From NCBI GenBank assembly GCA_041649115.1, contig JBAZNT010000010.1:3979-67978 (forward strand): a stretch of 64,000 nt of DNA. Reading direction: 5' to 3'. Source of the stretch: Candidatus Omnitrophota bacterium. Its GTDB lineage: Bacteria; Omnitrophota; Gorgyraeia; Gygaellales; Profunditerraquicolaceae. The position numbers were made by a program, and so were the translations under genes. The notes below the pieces were generated by a model. That model saw only the letters and a list, made by a program, of their open reading frames with translations, was not told the DNA's origin and made no database searches. Position 1 is the stretch's first letter; every line of letters begins with the position of its first letter. Shown here one piece after another: positions 19,049 through 27,057 of this stretch.

Positions 19049-19082
19049 GAGCCGTTTCTTTCTCGGTCCGAGGCAAGCAGAT

Positions 19083-19814
19083 ATGGAGATAAGGGTAAGG
19101 CAGCAGCATGGCGTGATTATCCTGGATATTTCCGGGGCAATCGACGTCAATGCTGCCACTTTGATTGAGGTAGTAGGCCAGTGCCTGCGCGACGGCTATT
19201 GCGATATCCTATGTAATTTTGAAGAGACCGAATCCATTGATTATATGGGGGTTTCGGTAATAGTGATAGCGTATAAGGAGGTAGTCAATCATCAGGGGAG
19301 GATGAGGTTTGCCTGCGTGCCGGCGCACCTGAGGAATATGTTCGCTATCTCCGGGCTTGACCGCGTGATAGAGATTTATCCTACCGAAGAACTCGCCGCT
19401 TCCAGTTTCAAGGAAGACAAGGTCATCGAGAACATCAAAAAATTAAAACTGCGCCGCCGTTTCAAAAGGCTCCCCATCGATATCAAGGTAGAGCTTAAGG
19501 ATAGATACGACAAGAGCGCCAGGTGCCTGAATCTTGATATCCTGGATTTAAGCGCCCTCGGGGCCTATATCTACGGCTGCTCTAATTTCAGGCTGGGGGA
19601 CGCCGTAACTCTTAAATTCAAGCTGCCGCCTAAGCCCGAGGAGCTGGAGCTGGAAGGCAAGGTTGTCTGGCTCTCCGATAAACAGGTGCAGTCGCGCATC
19701 CACCCCGGGATGGGAATTGAATTTTCTAATATCTCCAAGGATAACCAGGAGCGCATCTTCGAATTTGTGGAAAGAAACCTTTCTTTCATGTCCATCGAAG
19801 AGGACCAGGCTTGA
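19083..19814 (+). CDS. STAS (anti-sigma-factor antagonist) domain fused to a C-terminal PilZ (c-di-GMP binding) domain
   Basis: The N-terminal 110 aa are SpoIIAA/STAS-like (ILDISGAIDV..., DYMGVSVI..., LRNMFAISGL). The C-terminal part carries the PilZ motifs RxxxR (RRFKR) and DxSxxG (DLSALG). Confidence 0.75.
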   Translation: MEIRVRQQHGVIILDISGAIDVNAATLIEVVGQCLRDGYCDILCNFEETESIDYMGVSVIVIAYKEVVNHQGRMRFACVPAHLRNMFAISGLDRVIEIYPTEELAASSFKEDKVIENIKKLKLRRRFKRLPIDIKVELKDRYDKSARCLNLDILDLSALGAYIYGCSNFRLGDAVTLKFKLPPKPEELELEGKVVWLSDKQVQSRIHPGMGIEFSNISKDNQERIFEFVERNLSFMSIEEDQA

Positions 19815-19833
19815 TACCGGAGCCGGATATGCC

Positions 19834-19861
19834 TTGACAGGGTTATTTATTGTGTTACACT
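19834..19861 (+). promoter_or_regulatory. nikR promoter candidate (-35 TTGACA, 16-nt spacer, -10 TACACT)
   Basis: The consensus -35 is at 19834-19839. A 4/6 match to the -10 is at 19856-19861. Confidence 0.5.
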
Positions 19862-19878
19862 AACTAAAATAGTAACAC
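19852..19878 (+). promoter_or_regulatory. NikR operator (GTGTTAC-N13-GTAACAC)
   Basis: A perfect 7-bp inverted repeat lies at 19852-19858 and 19872-19878. It overlaps the -10 region immediately upstream of nikR. Confidence 0.75.
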
Positions 19879-19888
19879 TAGGAGCGTT

Positions 19889-20305
19889 ATGGCGTCATTG
19901 GTGCGGTTCGGCGTTTCTTTAGACAAGGATCTTCTCCTGAGGTTTGACAGGGGCATCAGGAGCAAAAATTATACTAACCGCTCGGAGGCTATCAGGGACC
20001 TTATTCGCCAGGACCTGGTAAGGGCCCAATGGCAGGAGGGCGGGGAGATCGCGGGCGCAATAACGCTGATATACGAGCACCATAGGAGGGAACTGGTGGA
20101 TAAATTGCTGGAAATCCAGCATGATTTTGGCAAGATCATCATATCCAGCCAGCACATCCACCTTGACCACCGCAATTGCCTGGAGATTATTGCGGTGAAA
20201 GGGGCGGCAAAAGAGGCCGAGAGGCTGGCCGATACCCTGAGGTCTGTAAAAGGCGTCAAGCACGGCACCCTTAGCATGGCAACGACGGGCAGGGGTCTGG
20301 CATAG
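19889..20305 (+). CDS. nikR: Nickel-responsive transcriptional regulator NikR
   Basis: 138 aa. The N-terminal ribbon-helix-helix is VRFGVSLDKDLL...NRSEAIRDLIR. The C-terminal ACT-like metal-binding domain has His residues (HHRRE, HIHLDHRNC). Confidence 0.9.
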   Translation: MASLVRFGVSLDKDLLLRFDRGIRSKNYTNRSEAIRDLIRQDLVRAQWQEGGEIAGAITLIYEHHRRELVDKLLEIQHDFGKIIISSQHIHLDHRNCLEIIAVKGAAKEAERLADTLRSVKGVKHGTLSMATTGRGLA

Positions 20306-20385
20306 GGAGCGCTTATTATTTTTTTGCCCATTCGTAACACGATTATAATATTCGTAATAATAAAGAGCAGAAGGAGGGGTATGAG

Positions 20386-21741
20386 ATGTTGAGGAAGGGC
20401 ATATTGTTGGCAGCAGCGTTTTTATTCTTGGGATGCAGCGCCTGTTTTTCGGCAGAGCCGTCCATCAAGGAGGAGATCGAACTTTTAAAATCGCGCATCA
20501 CGGCGCTGGAGCAGAGATTGAGCGCGCAGGACGATTGTATCAAGGATCAGAAGCGGTGCATCCTGGACCAGAATAAAAAGATCGCAGACTACGAGGAAAA
20601 ACTTTCTCAATTTGACGTGGACCTGCATCGGCAGACAGGCGTACCGATCGCCATTGCCGAGGGGTTGGAGATCGGAGCCGGAGGAACCATGATCATTCAG
20701 GGCGCAGGCAACGTCAATAACGCCTCCTCCGACGTAGAGAAAAAGGTCTCCCGCAGCGATGCCTCATATTCCGCTGATATTACCATCGGTAAGGAATTCA
20801 AGGAGGTAGGCGGCAAGGCCTTCCTGCACCTTGAGGCAGGCAAAGGCAACGGCCTGGAGGATGACCTCACCCTTTATTCCAACGTCAACCGCGACGCCGA
20901 TGACGATGAGAACGTGCACCTCACCGAGCTTTGGTATGAGCAGGGGTTATTCAGGGAGCGGGCGGTCGTCACTTTCGGAAAGCTTGACCCCAGCGCATAT
21001 TTTGACAATAACGAGGTTGCCAATGACGAAACTACCCAGTTCCTGGGCAGGATATTCCGTAACTCTCCTACCCTGGAATTCCCGGATAATACCGCCGGTA
21101 TCCGTCTGGCTTATATCCCGTTAGATTGGATTGAATTGGGCTACGGCGTATTTGACGCCGATAGCGATTGGGAAAAGATCGGAGATAATCTCTTTAATAT
21201 CGCCCAGGTTACCTTTAAGACCAATTTTTTTAACCTTGCCGGCAACTATCGGTTTTACGGCTGGAGCAATAATGCCTACCACACCAAGTGGGCGGATGCC
21301 TCCAAGACCAAAGAGGCCTCTTACGGTTTTGGTTTAAGTTTTGACCAGAAGTTAAACGATATTACGACTGCCTTCCTGCGTTACGGTTGGCAGAACCCTA
21401 AGGTATACAATCCCGAGATTACAGCCACAGGCGGCCTCTATTATTCTCTGGAGCAGTCCTGGAGCGCAGGCATGCAGTTTGAAGGCAAGCCCTGGGGGAG
21501 ACAGCAGGATGTCTTTGCCTTTGCGGTAGGGCAGGTCATACCTTCCGATGACTATAAGAAAGCAACCGAGCGCCTCGCTAAGACCGAGGGCCACCTGGAG
21601 GCTTATTACAGGATACATATCAACGACCACCTTTCCATCAGCCCGGACTTCCAGTATATCTGGAATCCCTTTGGCAAGGATGTTGCGGATGACACCAGCG
21701 GCATCTTCGTGGGCGGGATGAGGGCGCAGGTGGATTTCTAA
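20386..21741 (+). CDS. OprB-family (carbohydrate-selective-type) outer-membrane porin with an N-terminal coiled-coil
   Basis: A signal peptide is followed by a heptad-like segment (EIELLKSRITALEQRLSAQ...). OprB-like blocks follow (LTELWYEQ, FGKLDPSAYFDNNEVANDETTQFL). The C-terminus ends in the aromatic residue F. Confidence 0.75.
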   Translation: MLRKGILLAAAFLFLGCSACFSAEPSIKEEIELLKSRITALEQRLSAQDDCIKDQKRCILDQNKKIADYEEKLSQFDVDLHRQTGVPIAIAEGLEIGAGGTMIIQGAGNVNNASSDVEKKVSRSDASYSADITIGKEFKEVGGKAFLHLEAGKGNGLEDDLTLYSNVNRDADDDENVHLTELWYEQGLFRERAVVTFGKLDPSAYFDNNEVANDETTQFLGRIFRNSPTLEFPDNTAGIRLAYIPLDWIELGYGVFDADSDWEKIGDNLFNIAQVTFKTNFFNLAGNYRFYGWSNNAYHTKWADASKTKEASYGFGLSFDQKLNDITTAFLRYGWQNPKVYNPEITATGGLYYSLEQSWSAGMQFEGKPWGRQQDVFAFAVGQVIPSDDYKKATERLAKTEGHLEAYYRIHINDHLSISPDFQYIWNPFGKDVADDTSGIFVGGMRAQVDF

Positions 21742-21841
21742 TGAGCGCATAATTTAGAGCAGCGTTAAGCGCAGGCGAGTTATAAACGCGGATTAATCTC
21801 CTCTGGTTTGCGAAAGAAGAGGGGATAAGAAGGGAGGAAGA

Positions 21842-22531
21842 ATGCATATACCCGACGGTTATTTGGGTCCGGCTACATGCGGAATTTTTTACGCTGTGAT
21901 GCTGCCGGTATGGACAGTCGCTTCGCGGATTGTCAAGAAGACGCTTAAGGCCAGGCAGGTTCCCCTCTTGGCCATAGGCGCAGCTTTTAGTTTCGTGATT
22001 ATGATGTTTAATGTTCCTATCCCGGCAGGCACGACAGGGCATGCGGTAGGAGCGGTATTGGTAGCGATTTTAGTGGGACCTTGGGCAGCCTGTATTGCGG
22101 TTACGGTCGCCCTGGTTGTGCAGGCCCTGCTATTCGGGGACGGAGGAGTCACCGCAATAGGCGCTAATTGTTTTAACATGGCGTTCATTGAGGTATTTGT
22201 CGGATATTACCTCTATAGATTCTTAAGCGGCTCATCGGCCATAACATCAGGCAGGCGGGTGATTGCGGCAGGGGTTGCCGGCTACGCAGCCTTGAACATC
22301 GCCGCGCTATCCACGGCGGTTATGTTTGGTATCCAGCCTCTACTGTATAGGGGCGCAAGCGGCCAGTCGTTGTATTGTCCCTATGGTTTAAACGTCGCCA
22401 TACCCGCTATGTTAGGCGAACACCTGCTGGTATTCGGATGGGTTGAGGCGATTGTGACGGCATTAGTAGTAAAATACCTGCAAAAACAGGACCCGTCTCT
22501 TTTGAAGACCGCAGAGGGGGTGAGAGCATGA
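21842..22531 (+). CDS. cbiM: ECF-type Ni/Co transporter substrate component NikM/CbiM
   Basis: The N-terminus MHIPDGYL is invariant in this family. There are seven TM segments. The NikR context favours nickel. Confidence 0.9.
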   Translation: MHIPDGYLGPATCGIFYAVMLPVWTVASRIVKKTLKARQVPLLAIGAAFSFVIMMFNVPIPAGTTGHAVGAVLVAILVGPWAACIAVTVALVVQALLFGDGGVTAIGANCFNMAFIEVFVGYYLYRFLSGSSAITSGRRVIAAGVAGYAALNIAALSTAVMFGIQPLLYRGASGQSLYCPYGLNVAIPAMLGEHLLVFGWVEAIVTALVVKYLQKQDPSLLKTAEGVRA

Positions 22532-22860
22532 AGACTATTACAAAGCTATGGATTGGCCTGGGGATTTTAATACTTCTTTCTCCTTTAGGGCTTTTTCTGC
22601 CCGAACGTTTTCAAGCCGGGGATGCCTGGGGGGAATGGGGAACAGATTCAATAATGGAACTGGTAGGATACGTGCCGCTGGGATTAGAGAGGCTCTCGAA
22701 TGTCTGGCGTGCCCTGGTACCTGACTATGCCTTTACGGGATGGCAGGATAAGGGGTTGGCGCAGCTAAGCCTTGCCTATATCCTTTCCGCATTTATCGGG
22801 ATCTGTATTACTGTTGGTGCGGTATTGTTAATCGGCAGGCTATTGAGCAGTAAAGAGTAA
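22528..22860 (+). CDS. PDGLE-domain small membrane protein (NikN/CbiN-like accessory component)
   Basis: 110 aa with two TM helices flanking a PLGLE motif (a PDGLE variant). Its start overlaps the nikM stop (ATGA). Confidence 0.75.
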   Translation: MKTITKLWIGLGILILLSPLGLFLPERFQAGDAWGEWGTDSIMELVGYVPLGLERLSNVWRALVPDYAFTGWQDKGLAQLSLAYILSAFIGICITVGAVLLIGRLLSSKE

Positions 22861-22885
22861 CCCTTGATGCGGAGGAACGCGGTAA

Positions 22886-23860
22886 TTGGCAAAACGAACC
22901 GTTATTGTAACCGGAGGCGCCGGTTTTATCGGAAGCTGCTTCTTGTGGAAGCTCAATCAAGAGGGGTTTGATGATATAATTGTTGTTGATGATCTCCGGG
23001 AGGACCTGAAATGGAAAAACCTTCTAGGCAAGCGCTTCATTAATTACTTCCAAAAAGACGATTTTCTTGATATACTAGAAAGCGGTAAGATCCGCGGCGT
23101 TAAAACCATAGTCCACCTTGGAGCTTGCAGTTCCACTATTCTAAGCGACGCCGCATATTTCCTTAAAAACAATTACGAATACTCCAAGCGTCTGGCGCTC
23201 TGGGCGGATGCCCATGGCGCGGGCTTCATCTACGCTTCCTCCGCAGCTACCTATGGTAACGGCAGCAACGGATATGACGATTCCGAAGAGGGCCTGTGGA
23301 ACCTGCGGCCGCTTAATATCTACGGTTATTCCAAGCACCTCTTTGACCTTTGGATGCTTAGGAAGGGGTTTCTTAGAAAGACGACAGCCTTGAAGTTTTT
23401 TAACGTCTTCGGGCCCAACGAGTACCATAAAGGCGAGATGGCGAGTATCGTCTGCAGGCGTTTTGAAGACGTAAGGTCCGCAAGGCCCATCGCTCTTTTT
23501 AAGTCTTATCACCCCGACTACCGCAACGGAGAACCGAGGAGGGATTTTATCTACGTCAAGGATGCAGTAGAGTTGTTGTATTATTTTTTTACGAATCCCG
23601 GTAATACCGGCATATTCAATATCGGAACCGGCAAGGCGCATTCCTGGAATGAGGTAGCGCAAGCGATGTTCTCGGCTTTAGGCAGGAGAGCCGATATAGA
23701 GTATGTCGAGATGCCAGATGGCATTCGCCGCAATTACCAGTATTTTACGGAGGCCAGGATAGAAAAGTTAAGGGAGAGCGGTTGTCAGCATAAATTCATG
23801 TCGTTGGAAGAGGCGGTTAAGGACTACAGTTCGTACTTGGAGAATAACGGGTATCTATAA
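22886..23860 (+). CDS. hldD: ADP-L-glycero-D-manno-heptose 6-epimerase (TTG start)
   Basis: 324 aa. The Rossmann motif is VTGGAGFIGS. The SDR catalytic motif is YGYSK. The overall length and pattern fit HldD/RfaD. Confidence 0.88.
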   Translation: MAKRTVIVTGGAGFIGSCFLWKLNQEGFDDIIVVDDLREDLKWKNLLGKRFINYFQKDDFLDILESGKIRGVKTIVHLGACSSTILSDAAYFLKNNYEYSKRLALWADAHGAGFIYASSAATYGNGSNGYDDSEEGLWNLRPLNIYGYSKHLFDLWMLRKGFLRKTTALKFFNVFGPNEYHKGEMASIVCRRFEDVRSARPIALFKSYHPDYRNGEPRRDFIYVKDAVELLYYFFTNPGNTGIFNIGTGKAHSWNEVAQAMFSALGRRADIEYVEMPDGIRRNYQYFTEARIEKLRESGCQHKFMSLEEAVKDYSSYLENNGYL

Positions 23861-23879
23861 AATCTGACTGCAGGATAAG

Positions 23880-24221
23880 ATGCACGATATATGGTTCGCC
23901 AGTAAGATAATTCTTTTATTGAGAGATAAAATCTCTGAAGTGTCCCGGGCCAAGAAGGTTACCGTTAATGTAGTATTAAGCCCTTTTACCCATGTTACCA
24001 GAGAAAGCCTGACCGGGGCCTTTAAGATGTTGAGTTCAAGAGAAAATTTCGGGAACGTCGAGTTGAGCATAGCTACTTCAGGCGTTTCCATTAAATGCGG
24101 TAAATGCGGCGTCGCCTCAGAGGTTACCAGGCCGGTTAGCGCATGCCCTAAATGCGGTTCGGCCGATCTAGAGATCGGTAACGTTGAGGAATTTGTTATT
24201 GAGTCTCTGGAGATAAAATAG
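23880..24221 (+). CDS. hypA: Hydrogenase/urease-type nickel insertion metallochaperone HypA
   Basis: 113 aa. The N-terminus is MHD (an MHE-type Ni site). Two CxxC pairs are present (CGKCG, CPKCG). Confidence 0.85.
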   Translation: MHDIWFASKIILLLRDKISEVSRAKKVTVNVVLSPFTHVTRESLTGAFKMLSSRENFGNVELSIATSGVSIKCGKCGVASEVTRPVSACPKCGSADLEIGNVEEFVIESLEIK

Positions 24222-24232
24222 GTTTAATAAAA

Positions 24233-25324
24233 ATGCAGACAGCCAGCGGGTTAAAGAAAACTCCGCTTTACGAATCCCACCTTTCGCTTCAGGCCAAGAT
24301 GGCTCCTTTCGGGGGGTGGTTGATGCCGATCCAGTATGAGGGGATCTTGGCTGAACACGCACATACCCGCCAGGAGGTTTCCGTATTCGATATCTGCCAT
24401 ATGGGAGAGCTTATTCTTGAGGCGGACCCGGCCACAAGCAGTTTCGACCGTATCATCACCCAGGATGTTGTTTCCATGCCGGTGGGGTTATGCCGTTACG
24501 GTTTCATGCTTAATGAGCAGGGCGGGATAATTGATGACCTCATTGTGTACCGCCTCTATGATAAAAACTGGATGCTGGTGGTTAACGCCGCAACCATTGC
24601 CAGCGATGAGGGGCAGCTTTACAGGCATCTTTCAGGAGGCTGCCGGCTTAAGAATGCCTCCTCCGCCTTAGGCAAACTTGATGTGCAGGGGCCGCGTTCA
24701 AGGGATGTGATGGTAAAAATTTTTGGTGACAGCATCGCGCGATTGGGTTATTATAATTGCGGCGAGTTTTTCTTATGGGGAGAGCGCTGTATCGTAAGCC
24801 GCACCGGTTATACCGGAGAGCTCGGATACGAAGTCTATATTCCGCTTGAGAAGACGCAGCGGTTATGGGATACGCTCCTTAAAGACCGCCGCGTCAAGCC
24901 CGCAGGCTTAGGCAGCCGCGATACCTTGCGTCTTGAAATGGGATATCCTCTTTACGGACAGGATATCGATGCGCAACATACGCCCCTTGCTGCCGGGCTG
25001 GAAAGGTTCGTTGATTTCTCAAAGGATTTTATCGGGAAAGGTGCCCTGATTAAGGAGCGCGAGGCAGGCCCTAAAGAGCGCCTGGTGTATCTGGTATCGG
25101 ATTCCAGGCGTGCGCCGCGCCACGGTTTCGGTATTTTTGACGGGGACAGGCGTGTCGGTACGGTAACCAGCGGTTCTTTTTCCCCGAGCCTGTCAGCGGG
25201 GATTGCCATGGGGTATGTGGCTGGCAATTACCAGGCCGGCAACAGGCTCTTTATCAGGGATGCGGCAGTCGAGATCCCCGTAAGAGTTACGAAGAAGCCT
25301 TTTTACAGCAAAACAGCGTTATAA
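24233..25324 (+). CDS. gcvT: Glycine cleavage system aminomethyltransferase (T protein)
   Basis: 363 aa. Typical blocks are PLYESH, MAPFGGWLMPIQY, FDICHMGE and RTGYTGELGYE. Confidence 0.95.
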   Translation: MQTASGLKKTPLYESHLSLQAKMAPFGGWLMPIQYEGILAEHAHTRQEVSVFDICHMGELILEADPATSSFDRIITQDVVSMPVGLCRYGFMLNEQGGIIDDLIVYRLYDKNWMLVVNAATIASDEGQLYRHLSGGCRLKNASSALGKLDVQGPRSRDVMVKIFGDSIARLGYYNCGEFFLWGERCIVSRTGYTGELGYEVYIPLEKTQRLWDTLLKDRRVKPAGLGSRDTLRLEMGYPLYGQDIDAQHTPLAAGLERFVDFSKDFIGKGALIKEREAGPKERLVYLVSDSRRAPRHGFGIFDGDRRVGTVTSGSFSPSLSAGIAMGYVAGNYQAGNRLFIRDAAVEIPVRVTKKPFYSKTAL

Positions 25325-25338
25325 CCAAAGGAAAAAAG

Positions 25339-25725
25339 ATGGAGATACCGGAAGGACTTTTTTATACCAAGGACCACGAGTGGGCGCGTTTAGAAGGCAA
25401 GACCGCTTATGTCGGCATAACAGATTACGCCAAGACATCACTGGGAGATATTACTTTTGTGGAGTTGCCCAAGATCGGCGAGGCCCTTAAGCAATCCGGG
25501 TTTTCTGCCACCGTAGAGTCGGTCAAGGCCGCCTCTGACGTATACGCGCCTTTCTCAGGCAAGGTTACGCAGGTCAACCAGGAACTTTCCAGCCACCCCG
25601 AACTTGTAAACCAGTCCCCTTACGAGAAGGGGTATTTTTTTGCGATCGAGATTTCCGATGAGGCCGAAAAGGCGGCATTGATGGACGCGGCAGCTTACAG
25701 AAAATACCTGGAAGGCCTTTCTTAA
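25339..25725 (+). CDS. gcvH: Glycine cleavage system H protein
   Basis: 128 aa. The lipoyl-lysine context is ESVKAASDVYAP. Confidence 0.95.
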   Translation: MEIPEGLFYTKDHEWARLEGKTAYVGITDYAKTSLGDITFVELPKIGEALKQSGFSATVESVKAASDVYAPFSGKVTQVNQELSSHPELVNQSPYEKGYFFAIEISDEAEKAALMDAAAYRKYLEGLS

Positions 25726-27057
25726 GTGAATTACGTCCCCCATACAGACACTGATATAAAGGAGATGCTGGCGGCGATCGGGGTAGCGAGCGTCGGGGAT
25801 TTATTCAAGGATATCCCGGCGGCGCTTAGGCCGAAGTCTTTCGATATACCGCCAGGAAAGTCGGAGTTTGAAGTCACGCAGTCCTTAAAGAACCTTGCCG
25901 CCAAGAACGCTACGCATTTGACGAATTTTGTCGGAGCCGGATTTTACGACCATTTTATCCCGGCAGCAGTCGATGCCATAGTTTCCCGCCCGGAATTTTA
26001 CACTGCCTATACGCCATATCAGCCGGAATGCTCCCAGGGGTGGCTGCAGGCGATCTATGAGTACCAGACCATCATCTCGGAATTGACGGGGCTTGAGGTG
26101 GCAAATGCCTCCCTCTATGACGGCGGGACGGCTCTTTATGAAGCAGCAATGATGGCGGTACGGCTTACCGGCAGGAATAAGGTCATCATGGACAGCGGCG
26201 TTAACCTGATTTACCGCACCATGCTTTATACTTATACCTCCAACCTTTCCGTTGAGTTCGTGGAGGTCCCCGTAGCGCACGGCCAGAGTTCGCGCCAGGA
26301 ATTTCTTAAACACCTTGACGATAAGACGGCGGCGGTAATCCTGCAGAACCCGAATTTCTTCGGCGCGGTTGACGACCACAGCGATATCGTAGAAGAGGTC
26401 CATAGGTTCGGGGCGCTTGCCATTGCCTCGGTCTATCCTGTTTCGCTGGGGGTGCTCAAATCCCCCGGAGAGGCAGGATTCGATATTGCCACCGGAGAAG
26501 GACAGAGCCTGGGGATCCCCCTTTCTTTCGGAGGCCCTTACCTGGGGTTTATGTCTGCCAGAAAGAAACTCGTCCGGCAGATGCCCGGCAGGATAGTAGG
26601 CGCTACCGTTGACAGCGACGGCAAGAGAGGCTTTGTCCTGACTCTCCAGACGCGCGAACAGCATATCCGCCGCGAAAAAGCCACCTCCAATATCTGTTCC
26701 AATGAGGCGCTCTGCGCGCTTCGCGCGGCAGTGTTTGTTGCGCTTTTAGGCAAGGAGGGCTTGCGCGAACTGGCGGAACTTAATTATCAAAAATCGGAGT
26801 TTGCCAAAGATGCCCTATCTGGCGTTAGAGGGGTGGAAGTAAAACGCAGCTCTCCGACCTTTAACGAATTTACGGTTTTCCTGCCGCGGCCGGCTGATGA
26901 GGTGGTATATCGTATGGTAGATAAGGGGTTTGCCTGCGGTTTCCCGCTGGGTAGATTCTATAAAGGCATGGAGAATTACCTCCTGGTGGCCGTTACCGAA
27001 AAAAGGACGGTAGAGGAGATCCGCAAACTGGCCGACAGCCTGGAGGCGGTATTATGA
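25726..27057 (+). CDS. gcvPA: Glycine dehydrogenase (decarboxylating) subunit 1 (GTG start)
   Basis: 443 aa. The block YTPYQPECSQGWLQAIYEYQT is typical. It directly abuts the gcvH stop. Confidence 0.93.
   Translation: MNYVPHTDTDIKEMLAAIGVASVGDLFKDIPAALRPKSFDIPPGKSEFEVTQSLKNLAAKNATHLTNFVGAGFYDHFIPAAVDAIVSRPEFYTAYTPYQPECSQGWLQAIYEYQTIISELTGLEVANASLYDGGTALYEAAMMAVRLTGRNKVIMDSGVNLIYRTMLYTYTSNLSVEFVEVPVAHGQSSRQEFLKHLDDKTAAVILQNPNFFGAVDDHSDIVEEVHRFGALAIASVYPVSLGVLKSPGEAGFDIATGEGQSLGIPLSFGGPYLGFMSARKKLVRQMPGRIVGATVDSDGKRGFVLTLQTREQHIRREKATSNICSNEALCALRAAVFVALLGKEGLRELAELNYQKSEFAKDALSGVRGVEVKRSSPTFNEFTVFLPRPADEVVYRMVDKGFACGFPLGRFYKGMENYLLVAVTEKRTVEEIRKLADSLEAVL

Noticed and set aside
21765-21790. 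The 12-mer TTAAGCGCAGGC followed by ATAAAC, shared by the region after the porin gene (21765) and the hydA terminator (60925).
   Set aside because: About a hundred exact 12-mer coincidences are expected by chance in 64 kb. The flanks do not align and the two contexts fold differently. This is not enough to call a repeat family.
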